Positions 1-9,863 of a stretch of 64,000 nucleotides of DNA are shown here, one piece after another. Every line of letters starts with the position of its first letter. Position 1 is the first letter of the stretch. Both the position numbers and the translations under genes were made by a program. Origin of the DNA: Obrimoposthia wandeli (taxonomy: Eukaryota); the NCBI GenBank assembly GCA_977020255.1, contig CDROCS010000253.1, positions 2,232,001 through 2,296,000 on the forward strand, in the 5' to 3' direction. The notes under the pieces were generated by a model. The model worked only from the letters and a program-made list of their open reading frames with translations. It was not told the origin of the DNA and searched no databases.

Positions 1-468
1 TACAATCACTTTCCTAGTAAAGAGGTTTTGTTTCATAATATTGTTAAAGGACTTTGTGACTCTTTTAGCCAAGCACTAAATATTAAATATCAATCGGACA
101 AACCGCTTGAAGAGCAGCTGTATATTGCTGCGGTGAGTGAGATTGAATTATTAGCATCTGAATGTTTCCGTGACTTAAACCGTATTACTCTTGCTGAATT
201 TATTCGTTCTCCAGAATTAGCGTCGAGTACTTTAGAGCATCTAGGACAACAAAAAAATGGTTTACATATTTGGATAGATGATGCGATAAGTGATGGTAAA
301 CTCAAAGTAGTAGATTCTGAATATGCTGCGCAACAATTTTTAGGAATAATTAAGGCCAGTGCTTTTTGGCCACAGCTATTAATGAACCAAACTTTTCCAT
401 CACCAGAGCAGCAGAAAATAATTGCAGATGATGCCGTGCTAATGTTTTTAGCGCGTTATAAAATATAG
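1..468 (+). CDS. TetR/AcrR family transcriptional regulator (5' partial)
   Basis: Frame is open from base 1: YNHFPSKEVLF is the end of a TetR HTH, followed by a TetR_C-like domain ending in TAG at 468. Confidence 0.85.
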   Translation, partial: YNHFPSKEVLFHNIVKGLCDSFSQALNIKYQSDKPLEEQLYIAAVSEIELLASECFRDLNRITLAEFIRSPELASSTLEHLGQQKNGLHIWIDDAISDGKLKVVDSEYAAQQFLGIIKASAFWPQLLMNQTFPSPEQQKIIADDAVLMFLARYKI

Positions 469-663
469 TTTTTGGAGAAACACCTTAGTTTCTAAAATAT
501 CAGTTCCTAAAAAATAGTACTCAATAACCACTCTCGCACTGATAACACTTCAGCATAAATTTTAAGCTGAATTGTTTAACCTGTTTTGGAATGGTTCTAA
601 GCACTGTAGACTTGTGAAAACAAATAAGGCAATATCAAATATATAGCTTATTATTGTTTTAGC

Positions 664-764
664 GACAGTAACTAGCTTCCCTTCGTATAACCCCAATAAT
701 ATGGATTGGGGGTCTCTACCAGGAACCAATAAATCCTGATTACGAAGAGTTTAGTGCTTTAGTG
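664..764 (+). promoter_or_regulatory. Purine riboswitch, adenine-sensing type
   Basis: Core 681-747: P1 CTTCGTA/TACGAAG, P2 CCCCAAT/ATTGGGG with loop AATATGG, J2/3 GTCTCTAC, P3 CAGGA/TCCTG with CC in the loop. Discriminator position is T (740, GAT-TAC). Lies upstream of a deaminase gene. Confidence 0.95.
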
Positions 765-839
765 CTTTCTCTTTGTACGAATAATCTCCATTCAAAAGAA
801 AGTACTGAATGAACTTTTTTAATTATTGGGAACTTCGTC

Positions 840-1847
840 ATGAAAACATTTATCCAGTCTTTACCTAAAGTAGAACTCCACCTGCATATTGAAGGAACAC
901 TTGAACCTGAACTTATGCTTGAATTAGCACAACGCAATCGTATTAATACTCCCTTTAATTCTGTTGATGAAATTAGAGAGGCCTATAACTTTCACAACCT
1001 ACAATCATTTTTGGATATTTACTTCCAAGGGGCTAATGTACTGATCCACGAGCAAGATTTTTTTGATCTCACGTGGGCTTATTTGCTCCGCTGCCAAGAA
1101 GATAATGTGATTCACACGGAAATATTTTTTGACCCTCAAGCACATACAGAACGTGGTGTTTTATTTGATACAGTCGTTAACGGCATTCATCGTGCACTTG
1201 CACAGGGGATTACTGAATTAGGTATTAGCAGCAAGCTAATTATGTGTTTTTTACGTCACTTAGATGAAGAGTCAGCATTTAAGACGCTAGCGCAAGCACA
1301 AGCACATAAAGATAAAATTATCGGGGTAGGGTTGGACTCCACAGAGATTGGCAACCCTGCGAGTAAGTTCGAACGCGTATTTAAACAAGCCATCGAGCAA
1401 GGATTTTTAACCGTCGCTCATGCGGGGGAAGAAGGACCGGCAAGTAATATCAGTGAGGCATTAAGCTTACTGAAAATTACTCGTGTTGATCATGGTGTAC
1501 GCTGTTTAGAAGATATAGCTCTAGTAAAGCAACTTGTCACTGAACGTATTCCTCTTACCGTTTGTCCGCTCTCTAATCTGAAACTAAAAGTTTTTGACTG
1601 TATGGAGCAACATAATATTGTAGTGTTACTCCGCCAAGGTGTTTGTGTCACGATAAACTCTGACGACCCTGCCTATTTTGGTGGTTATATGACGGATAAT
1701 TTTTTAGCGGTAAATAATGCCCATCCAATGAATAAAACTGAAATTGCTCAATTTACTTTTAATGCTATTGAAGCCAGTTTTGTTTCTCAAAGTGAACAAG
1801 AAAGGCTAAGACAAGTGACACAGACATACTTAGCGTTACATCAATAA
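840..1847 (+). CDS. add: Adenine/adenosine deaminase (COG1816 amidohydrolase)
   Basis: ELHLHIEGTLEPE, VAHAGEEG, RVDHGVR, TVCPLSN and NSDDPAYFGG motifs; preceded by an adenine riboswitch. Confidence 0.93.
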   Translation: MKTFIQSLPKVELHLHIEGTLEPELMLELAQRNRINTPFNSVDEIREAYNFHNLQSFLDIYFQGANVLIHEQDFFDLTWAYLLRCQEDNVIHTEIFFDPQAHTERGVLFDTVVNGIHRALAQGITELGISSKLIMCFLRHLDEESAFKTLAQAQAHKDKIIGVGLDSTEIGNPASKFERVFKQAIEQGFLTVAHAGEEGPASNISEALSLLKITRVDHGVRCLEDIALVKQLVTERIPLTVCPLSNLKLKVFDCMEQHNIVVLLRQGVCVTINSDDPAYFGGYMTDNFLAVNNAHPMNKTEIAQFTFNAIEASFVSQSEQERLRQVTQTYLALHQ

Positions 1848-1960
1848 TATTTTATTAACGAGTGCTTTATGAATTCGCCTGTCGTAGTTAGATAAAATCA
1901 GTTGAGCAGCTATTCTTTTTTGACTATCAAATGTTAAAACTATGTAGATTTTAACAATAT

Positions 1961-1986
1961 AAACGAGCCATTCGGCTCGTTTTTTA
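1961..1986 (+). terminator. Intrinsic terminator after add
   Basis: AAACGAGCC-ATTC-GGCTCGTTT followed by a T run. Confidence 0.8.
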
Positions 1987-2507
1987 TTTGTGAAAGCTAT
2001 TGCTTTTTGCCGTTATTACCTTCAGTTTCCATCATCCGCTGTAAATATTCTTAATAAAATTAATGTCTAAATTGTCTAGTATCATAAATATAGGCGTACT
2101 CGCTTGATAGTGCTTTTCATGATTAAAATATTGTAAGGCAATAACAAGGTGGTGATAAATTAAATGTTAATTTAAAAAAAATTTGAAAAGTTACGACCTG
2201 CAACTTGCTTGTAAATGTGTAAAGTAAACGGACAGAAGTTTTATTTTGGGTTTTTGTACGGGTAAATCACATTTAAGCCATATAAAATTTCGTTTTTAAC
2301 TTAAAAACATCAACACATTCTGCAACAACTTCTATAGAATTTTTTATCGTCAAATTGACGTGATAACTAGTTTACAAATTTAACAAAACGACTACCTACA
2401 GGATATTGCATAATTAATATTATAAGAAATAAACCTATGTGATCCCGTTAGGCTATCGATAACTTTGCCTTGGCAAATTGATTTTTAAGATTGGAGTGAA
2501 CAACAAC

Positions 2508-4001
2508 ATGATAGAAAACAACATCACTATAAGCGCTACTTTTATCGCTTATTTACTTTTAATGATGGGTATAGGTTATTACGCCTATAAACGTACAGTG
2601 GATTCTACAGATTACTTCCTTGGTGGACGAACTTTAGGACCTTGGCCGACAGCTATTTCAGCTGGCGCGTCAGATATGAGTGGCTGGCTTTTACTTGGTT
2701 TACCTGGATTTGCCTTCACCTCAGGCGCATCATCGCTCTGGCTAGCGGGTGGCTTACTATTAGGTACTTGGTTAAACTGGTTAGTATGTGCCAAACGTTT
2801 ACGTACTTTCAGTATCGAAGCTGATAATGCTCTGACCCTGCCAGAATTTTTTGCACGCCGCTTCAATGATAAATCGAAGCTACTACAAACTATCTCAGCC
2901 TTATTTATCCTTATGTTCTTTCTATTTTATACTAGCTCAGGCTTAGTTGCTGGCGGTAAATTATTTGAAACAGTATTCGGTCTCGATTATGAATTAGCTG
3001 TTATTCTTGGTACTGCCTGTGTCGTTTCTTACACGCTTTTCGGAGGATTTTTAGCGGTATCATGGACAGATTTAGTGCAAGGCTTATTAATGGCTGCTGC
3101 GCTAGCATTTGTACCATTAGCCGCAATGGAAGGTAGTTTTGGTGATCTCTCTAATTCAGTTGCCTCAAAAAACCCTGAATTACTTGATATGTTTACTACT
3201 GCTGCAGGTGAGCCAATGAGCATCATCGCTATTATTTCGCTAGCGGCTTGGGGTTTAGGTTATTTTGGCCAGCCGCATATTTTAGCGCGTTTTAATGCTT
3301 CTCGCTCAAACAAAGATCTAACCACAGCACGCCGCATTGCAGTTATCTGGACCACCATCTCTATGCTTGGTGCCTTATTAGTTGGTTTTGTCGGCATGTT
3401 GTATGTAGATGAAAATTTAGGCGGAAAGCTGGCTGATAGCGAAACTATTTTCATGCTATTAGTTAATGCTATCTTCCATCCTGTCATTGCAGGTATCTTG
3501 CTAGCCGCTATTTTAGCCGCTGTAATGAGCACAGCCGATTCTCAACTGCTTGTGTCATCATCAGCGCTTGCAGAAGATTTCTACAAACAACTATACCGTC
3601 CTGATGCAAGTCCTGCAGAAGTGGTAATGGTTGGCCGCATAGGCGTAGTTATCCTCTCCATTGTTGCACTAGCATTAGCCTTCAATCCTGAAAGCTCAGT
3701 ATTAGGACTTGTTTCTTATGCATGGGCCGGATTTGGAGCCGCCTTTGGACCAGCATTGATCCTTGCGCTTTATTGGAAACGCATGAATCGAAATGGTGCT
3801 CTAGCGGGTATTTTAGTTGGTGGACTTACGGTAGTTATTTGGAAAGAACTTAGCGGAGGCATTTTCGACTTGTTTGAAATCGTGCCTGGTTTTGTCTTTG
3901 CCAGTATTTCTATCGTAGTTGTTAGCCTACTAACAAAAGCGCCATCAAGCAAAGTTACAGACCTTGTTGACCGAGTAGAGAGCACGCTCGCTAAAGAATA
4001 A
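2508..4001 (+). CDS. putP: Sodium/proline symporter
   Basis: DYFLGGRTLGPW, SAGASDMSGWLLLGLPG and LGYFGQPHILARF SSS-family motifs; ATG 2508 follows GGAG (2493-2496). Confidence 0.92.
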   Translation: MIENNITISATFIAYLLLMMGIGYYAYKRTVDSTDYFLGGRTLGPWPTAISAGASDMSGWLLLGLPGFAFTSGASSLWLAGGLLLGTWLNWLVCAKRLRTFSIEADNALTLPEFFARRFNDKSKLLQTISALFILMFFLFYTSSGLVAGGKLFETVFGLDYELAVILGTACVVSYTLFGGFLAVSWTDLVQGLLMAAALAFVPLAAMEGSFGDLSNSVASKNPELLDMFTTAAGEPMSIIAIISLAAWGLGYFGQPHILARFNASRSNKDLTTARRIAVIWTTISMLGALLVGFVGMLYVDENLGGKLADSETIFMLLVNAIFHPVIAGILLAAILAAVMSTADSQLLVSSSALAEDFYKQLYRPDASPAEVVMVGRIGVVILSIVALALAFNPESSVLGLVSYAWAGFGAAFGPALILALYWKRMNRNGALAGILVGGLTVVIWKELSGGIFDLFEIVPGFVFASISIVVVSLLTKAPSSKVTDLVDRVESTLAKE

Positions 4002-4152
4002 TAAAGTTTTAAGTACTGACCAAATATGAGAGTAACTCATGTCTGGTCAGGCACTAAAATGTACCTAAACGACGACTTACTTTAGCTATTAGCGGTACTA
4101 ACAGTGCCTTCTAATAGCTAACAATTAACATTAAATAAAATTAAGTATCAAC

Positions 4153-5331
4153 ATGAAATATTCAATGACATTATCAGGCTTATTACTCGCTATCTCTCCA
4201 GCTGTGTTTGCTGACACTAACGATGCAACAAATCAGCGTATTACGCAATTAGAGCAACAGTTGGCCGAGCTAACAACTCAAGTTAAATCACCAGAAAAAA
4301 CAGCAGAGCCAAACATTAAAATCGGTGGCGCTGTTCGTTTTCAATATAGCTATGATGATTACAATGAAGAAAACAAAGACCGCGTTGGTGATTTAGATTT
4401 CGACGTATTCCGTCTTGATGTCAACGGTAGCATTGGCGACGTAACCGTGTCAGCTCAATATCGCTGGTATCAATACATGGACGTTATCCATCATGCCTAT
4501 GTAGGTTATCAATTAGATGAAGAGTGGCAGGGACAAATAGGTATTACTCAAGTACCTTTTGGCATACTTGATTATAACTCAAATAGCTTTTTCTTTAGCT
4601 CGGGCTACTATGTTGGTCTAGAAGATGATTTTGACGCAGGTATTTCTTTCATCAGAAAATCTGACAAACACGACCTACGTCTTGCTTTTTTCAAAAATGA
4701 TGAGCAAGGTGGCATTGATGGTTATGTAGGCAATAGAACTGACCGTTATTCTTATGACGTTATTGGTATTACCGATGGAGAAGCAATGGCTGAAAGTAAT
4801 ACTTTCAACGCTCGTTATGCTTACAACTTTGATAATACTGAAGTAGGTATTTCATTACAGCATGGTGACCTTGCGGGTAAAAATGACTCATTGGGCGATC
4901 ACAGCGCTTATGCAATTCATGTTAAAAGCCAAATTGAAAATATTGGTATTATGTTCCAATTCTCAGATTACAAATATGATCTAGATGACGGCAGTGACAC
5001 TGTATCAGTAGGAGCTTATAGCTTTAGTGATAACATTCCAGCAGAAGCTAAGTTATATAACTTAAACCTATCGTATTCGATGGATGTAAAAATGGGTCCA
5101 GTAACTAACCTTAAGTTCTACAATGACTTTAACCTAATGACTGACAAATCTGGTGATTACGATAATGACACCGTTATGAATGTTGTTGGTGTTGCAGTTA
5201 GCGCTGGTGGAGTTTATAGCTATATTGATCTTATTACCGCTAAAAATCAACCGTTCATTGGTGGTTCAATGGCCAATGATAGCGATGATTGGAACACTCG
5301 TTTTAACATTAACGTTGGTTACTACTTCTAA
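4153..5331 (+). CDS. Outer-membrane porin-like beta-barrel with N-terminal coiled coil (paralog of 37979-39196)
   Basis: Signal peptide (AVFA-D), ITQLEQQLAELTTQV coiled coil, alternating aromatic beta-strands, C-terminal INVGYYF beta-signal. Confidence 0.75.
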   Translation: MKYSMTLSGLLLAISPAVFADTNDATNQRITQLEQQLAELTTQVKSPEKTAEPNIKIGGAVRFQYSYDDYNEENKDRVGDLDFDVFRLDVNGSIGDVTVSAQYRWYQYMDVIHHAYVGYQLDEEWQGQIGITQVPFGILDYNSNSFFFSSGYYVGLEDDFDAGISFIRKSDKHDLRLAFFKNDEQGGIDGYVGNRTDRYSYDVIGITDGEAMAESNTFNARYAYNFDNTEVGISLQHGDLAGKNDSLGDHSAYAIHVKSQIENIGIMFQFSDYKYDLDDGSDTVSVGAYSFSDNIPAEAKLYNLNLSYSMDVKMGPVTNLKFYNDFNLMTDKSGDYDNDTVMNVVGVAVSAGGVYSYIDLITAKNQPFIGGSMANDSDDWNTRFNINVGYYF

Positions 5332-5356
5332 ATAAATCTAGTCGTACGCAATAAAT

Positions 5357-5393
5357 AAGGGATGTATTAGCACTAAGCTATTACATCCCTTTT
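5357..5393 (+). terminator. Terminator / REP-like hairpin after the porin gene
   Basis: GGGATGTA-TTAGC..GCTAT-TACATCCC followed by TTTT. Confidence 0.7.
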
Positions 5394-5419
5394 AGTTTTA
5401 GGAGCGGGTATAAATACCT

Positions 5420-5735
5420 ATGGTGCTTTTTGTTCAGAATATCTCCCCCAAATAAAGTTGCAGGTCAGTAAGCGCTTCTCTCTTACCATTGGCTGCTATC
5501 TAATAATAAGCTAAACCCTTTGCGTATCCCATAACGCAATTAGTGTAAGCTTACTCCACCAAGGCGTCGGTGATACTTTATCTCTTATTGATAATTTAGC
5601 GGTAAATACAACACGCTTCATCAATAAAACTAAAATTTATTAATTTATTTTTAACACTATTGAAGGAAACTTTATTTCTCAAAGTGAACAAAAACCGCTA
5701 ATATTGATGACTTAGCGGTATTTAGAGCTCCATTA
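5420..5735 (+). pseudogene. Degraded duplicate of the 3' third of add
   Basis: Colinear matches to about 1490-1850, including exact TTTAGCGGTAAATA (5595-5608 = 1703-1716) and TTTCTCAAAGTGAACAA (5675-5691 = 1783-1799); indels present and no ORF. Confidence 0.8.
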
Positions 5736-5879
5736 ATAGTGTTTACGAACTAGTGTTTGATGAGCTAGTTGCTATGAGGTGAACATGGGTATAGGTATGT
5801 TTTTTATTTTTATTCGGTCTTAAATTGTTTGGTAATAACGTTGTCGGATGGTAAAGGTATAATTTGGAGATGAAATTTA

Positions 5880-6776
5880 ATGTGGTTACACTCACATCGG
5901 CGACATGCAGAGTTATTGTTAGTTGCTGCCACTATCATTGCAGCCACTGGCTGGATTTTTTCAAAAGAGGCTATTGCGCATTTGCCCATTTACGGTTTTA
6001 TTGGCTTAAGGTTTCTATTAGCGTCAATATGTTTATTGCCGTTTTGTTATCGTCATTTTTTTAGCGTTAAACCTATTGATCTTATTAAGTCCTTTTGTGT
6101 AGGCATGATATTAGGTAGTGCAATGTTGCTATGGATCTATGCAGTATCTGTTAGTGAAACATTAGGTGAAGGCGCATTTATTATGAGCCTGTCAATGTTG
6201 TTTGTCCCTTTGGTTGCATGGTCGTTATATGGTGACAAGCCAACGAGTTTTTTTTGGTGTTCTTTGCCCTTTGCCGTAACCGGTTTAATATTGTTATCAC
6301 TGGCTGGGGGATGGCAACAATCGAGTAGTCAGTTATTTTTTTTGTTAGCGGCAATTATATTGGCGGTGCATTTTAATTTTAACAGCCGTTATGCTCAGCG
6401 TATTCCAGTGCTGTTATTAATTTGTATTCAGCTTTGTTGTATCGGACTGATGGGGCTGGCGATGTCAGTATCTTTTGAAGTTTGGCCTGTTAATATTCCT
6501 AATTCGACTTGGGGCTGGTTTGGTTTGAGTGTATTGATAGCAACTTGTTTGCGTTATGTTCTTCAAACATTAGGGCAAAAAAAAATCAGTACCTCTAATG
6601 CCGCTATCATAATGATATTAGAGCCGGTTTGGACATTACTTTTAAGCATGTTATGGCTATCTGAGCAGATGTCTTTATATAAAGTCATGGGTTGCACTCT
6701 GATCTTATTTGCTATCTTAGTTAATCGAGGCTGGATCGATTTTAGAGCAATTTCACTGCGAGCAAAAAAAATATAA
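5880..6776 (+). CDS. EamA/DMT family transporter
   Basis: About 10 hydrophobic segments in two EamA repeats; ILEPVWTLL motif. Confidence 0.88.
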   Translation: MWLHSHRRHAELLLVAATIIAATGWIFSKEAIAHLPIYGFIGLRFLLASICLLPFCYRHFFSVKPIDLIKSFCVGMILGSAMLLWIYAVSVSETLGEGAFIMSLSMLFVPLVAWSLYGDKPTSFFWCSLPFAVTGLILLSLAGGWQQSSSQLFFLLAAIILAVHFNFNSRYAQRIPVLLLICIQLCCIGLMGLAMSVSFEVWPVNIPNSTWGWFGLSVLIATCLRYVLQTLGQKKISTSNAAIIMILEPVWTLLLSMLWLSEQMSLYKVMGCTLILFAILVNRGWIDFRAISLRAKKI

Positions 6777-7158
6777 TGAAACTAATATGTTTATTGAGTG
6801 AAGGTAAAGCCTCTTTACAATAAGGTGTTGAGGTGATTTAAAATACTGCTTATAACTTTTTTATTAGGGTGATTTATTCGCTTTCAGTTGTAGGGAACTA
6901 GACATTATGTTTTTTTGCGAAAACATTACTAAAAGTCATTGAATCAATGTTTTAGAAACATAATTACATCATGTGAGCGTTACTGAACTGCTGTTTAATA
7001 CGGTTAACTTAAATGTCATATAAATCAGTTATTATATTGCCATTATTATACACTCTGTTAGCAATCGTAAGATAAGCCTTATCTAAATGTACAGTTTACT
7101 TAGCAAATAGAATAAATTTTCCGACTCATAAACTAATTGATCATTAATAGAGATAGCT

Positions 7159-8817
7159 ATGCGTACCGATAACCAATCATCAAAAAGAACATTACTCCCT
7201 AGCTGGCAAGCATTGGTTGACCATGCCGACGACATGAAAACCAAACATATGAATGACTTGTTTACCCAAGACAGTGAACGATTTTCAAAGTTTTCTATTC
7301 AACTGCCGTCTTTATTACTCGATTATTCTAAAAACCTAATTATCGATAAAACACTTTCGCATCTAATAGACTTAGCAAAAGACTGTGAAGTAGAGCAGTG
7401 GCGAGAAAAAATGTTTAAGGGGGAGCATATTAATCGCACTGAAGACCGCGCTGTTTTACATGTAGCGCTGCGTAACAGGCGTAAAAAACCTATTATGCTT
7501 GATGGTAAAAATATCACGCTTGATGTAGAAAAAGCGCTTGAAAAAATGAGAGTTTTTACTGAACAAGTAAGACAAGGGAAATGGCTTGGTCATTCGGGCA
7601 AAAGAATTACCGATATCGTGAATATTGGTGTAGGGGGCTCGAACCTTGGTCCTCAAATGGTCACTGAAGCGTTAAAACATTATAGTGATGACAGTGTTGA
7701 TGTGCATTATGTTTCGAATGTAGACGGCACACAAATTGCTGAAGTACTTCGACCATTAAACCCCGAACGAGTATTGTTTATTGTTTCTAGTAAAACGTTT
7801 ACTACAACAGAAACAATGACCAATGCAATGACTGCGGTAAATTGGTTAACCTCTTCTTCGTTCAGCCAAACATCGGTAGCTAAACATTTTGTTGCGGTAA
7901 GTGCTAATAAAGAAAATGCCATGGCATTTGGTATTGATGAAGATAACATTTTTGATATGTGGGACTGGGTTGGAGGGCGATTTTCTTTATGGTCTGCTAT
8001 TGGTTTACCTATTGCTTTAGATATTGGTTTTGAAAAATTTCTTGAGGTCTTAGAAGGCGCTCATGATATAGATGAGCACTTTTGTAATACGCCACTTGAG
8101 CAAAATGCCCCTGTTATATTAGCGCTGTTAAGTGTATGGAACTGTACCTTTTTAGGTGCTCAATCTCAGGCAATATTGCCTTATGATCAACCTTTACATA
8201 AGTTATCCGCTTATATGCAACAAGCCGAAATGGAAAGTAATGGTAAGTCGGTTACTTGGGATGGACAAGAAATTGATTATCCAACGGTGCCTTCAATATG
8301 GGGCGAATTAGGGATTGATGGCCAACACGCCTTTTACCAATACCTCCATCAAAGTAACAATGTTGTGCCTGCTGACTTTATTGGCTCTGTTGAAAGTGTT
8401 ACGCCTGTTCAAGGACATCATGAAACATTAATGGCGAATTTCTTTGCGCAAACTCAAGCATTAATGTCGGGTGTTAATGAACAACAGGTACGTGATGATC
8501 TTGCTGTAAGAGGGCATCCTCAGTCTTATATAGATAAAGTTGCACCGCATAAAGTGCATAAAGGAAATCGTCCAACGAATACGCTTTTGATTAAGCGCAT
8601 CTCACCTAAATCACTGGGCAGTTTAATTGCTTTATACGAACATAAAATATTTGTTCAAGGCATTATTTTACAAATTTGTTCTTTTGATCAGTGGGGAGTT
8701 GAATTGGGTAAAGGCTTAGCCAATGAAATTGTTAAGGAACTATCGAATAACACCATTAAAGAAAGTCATGACAGCTCTACCAAGGGGTTGATGAAATATT
8801 ATTGTTCATCAAAATAA
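7159..8817 (+). CDS. pgi: Glucose-6-phosphate isomerase
   Basis: NRTEDRAVLHVALR, NIGVGGSNLGP, SKTFTTTET, DWVGGRFSLWS and FDQWGVELGK motifs. Confidence 0.97.
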   Translation: MRTDNQSSKRTLLPSWQALVDHADDMKTKHMNDLFTQDSERFSKFSIQLPSLLLDYSKNLIIDKTLSHLIDLAKDCEVEQWREKMFKGEHINRTEDRAVLHVALRNRRKKPIMLDGKNITLDVEKALEKMRVFTEQVRQGKWLGHSGKRITDIVNIGVGGSNLGPQMVTEALKHYSDDSVDVHYVSNVDGTQIAEVLRPLNPERVLFIVSSKTFTTTETMTNAMTAVNWLTSSSFSQTSVAKHFVAVSANKENAMAFGIDEDNIFDMWDWVGGRFSLWSAIGLPIALDIGFEKFLEVLEGAHDIDEHFCNTPLEQNAPVILALLSVWNCTFLGAQSQAILPYDQPLHKLSAYMQQAEMESNGKSVTWDGQEIDYPTVPSIWGELGIDGQHAFYQYLHQSNNVVPADFIGSVESVTPVQGHHETLMANFFAQTQALMSGVNEQQVRDDLAVRGHPQSYIDKVAPHKVHKGNRPTNTLLIKRISPKSLGSLIALYEHKIFVQGIILQICSFDQWGVELGKGLANEIVKELSNNTIKESHDSSTKGLMKYYCSSK

Positions 8818-8955
8818 AGGGTAAATATCATTTAGTCTGATATCTGTTTAACTTTTGACCCTAATATTTAGCGCTAAGTTACTTATTCTTTGTGACTCAT
8901 TATAAGTCACAAATATTAAAGGCTGGTTTATTGTCTTTGCGGCTATAAACCAGCA

Positions 8956-9429
8956 TTGATTGTATTTTCTTTTAATTCTTTGACAGCCGAAAAAAACAAT
9001 AAAATTGAAGTGAGCTATGATGAATTCGGGCAAGTAATACTTACATCTTTTGATAGCTCAATAGAGCCTGATGCTTCTTCTAAGTTATCAACTCAATTTA
9101 CGAAAGACTTTTTTGGTGATGGTTTACCTAGTTTATCAACAAAAGATGAAGCTAAATTATTAGTCGAACAATTGGTATTACTTCAAGGAAAAGCAAATAT
9201 CATTCTTAATCGTACTCCTGTAGAACAGCTTATTGACACAGATAATGTGCATAAAAAAATGGATAGAGAAGGTTATAGCGTTTGCTTCATTTCAGAGTTA
9301 AAAGAAACAGCTTCTAGAAAATTTTGTTATTTAGTAGGAGGGTTTTTATTAAACAATATATCCGTTAAAGAGATAAATGAAGCTATTCTTTCAGCATTAA
9401 ACCCATTAAAAAAAACACTCGTACATTGA
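8956..9429 (+). CDS. Hypothetical protein, probably frameshifted at an A8 tract (extended form would end at 9548)
   Basis: 157-aa ORF with a TTG start; the -1 frame continues from A8 (9408-9415) to TAA 9546-9548. Confidence 0.45.
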   Translation: MIVFSFNSLTAEKNNKIEVSYDEFGQVILTSFDSSIEPDASSKLSTQFTKDFFGDGLPSLSTKDEAKLLVEQLVLLQGKANIILNRTPVEQLIDTDNVHKKMDREGYSVCFISELKETASRKFCYLVGGFLLNNISVKEINEAILSALNPLKKTLVH

Positions 9430-9654
9430 AAGAGAAGTTAAAAGATAAACAGTTAACCTTCTCCAAAATGCCTATAACAATGGCGGAAGGTGAAGACGAT
9501 AATAAGCGCAAACATCCTATTCCAGAAGAACTTTGGGAATATTTATAATGGGTCGAAAGGAAAATAGAAGGGCTTTGTGGGGGCTTTAGAGCCACACTGG
9601 AAAGGGGATTGACACACACCTACTTCACAGTTGGCAGGTGTTGTTTAATCAACA

Positions 9655-9787
9655 GTAGAATTTCTTATTTTCGTAGGTATACATACTCGCAGAACGTGCG
9701 CTGGTTCCATGAGCAACCATTAGTGACTTGAAAAATAAGGCTCTTCCACTCACTGGGTGGACGAAATTCAGGTTCAATATAGCTTAG
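9655..9787 (-). pseudogene. N-terminal fragment of a radical SAM (COG1032-like) gene
   Basis: Reverse strand reads LSYIEPEFRPPSEWKSLIFQVTNGCSWNQRTFCE, then MYTYENKKF after a 1-nt shift. The CxxxCxxC motif has its middle Cys as CGC (Arg); no start codon. Confidence 0.75.
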
Positions 9788-9863
9788 AGGGTGCCTGGTT
9801 TTTCTACATAGTTAGGACATAGTGAGGGGATATAAATCAATACATTTTAAGTGTTAGTATTTT

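Noticed and set aside
2199-2326. Two TGCAAC (GTTGCA) hexamers upstream of putP as PutA operators
   Set aside because: Only two 6-mers in 660 AT-rich bp, and no putA in view; too weak.
2440-2465. TGATCC upstream of putP as a sigmaE promoter
   Set aside because: No CGTA -10 element at 15-16 nt.
6954-6968. AGAAACATAATTACA upstream of pgi as a HexR site
   Set aside because: Only one good half-site; plausible but not supportable without a matrix scan.
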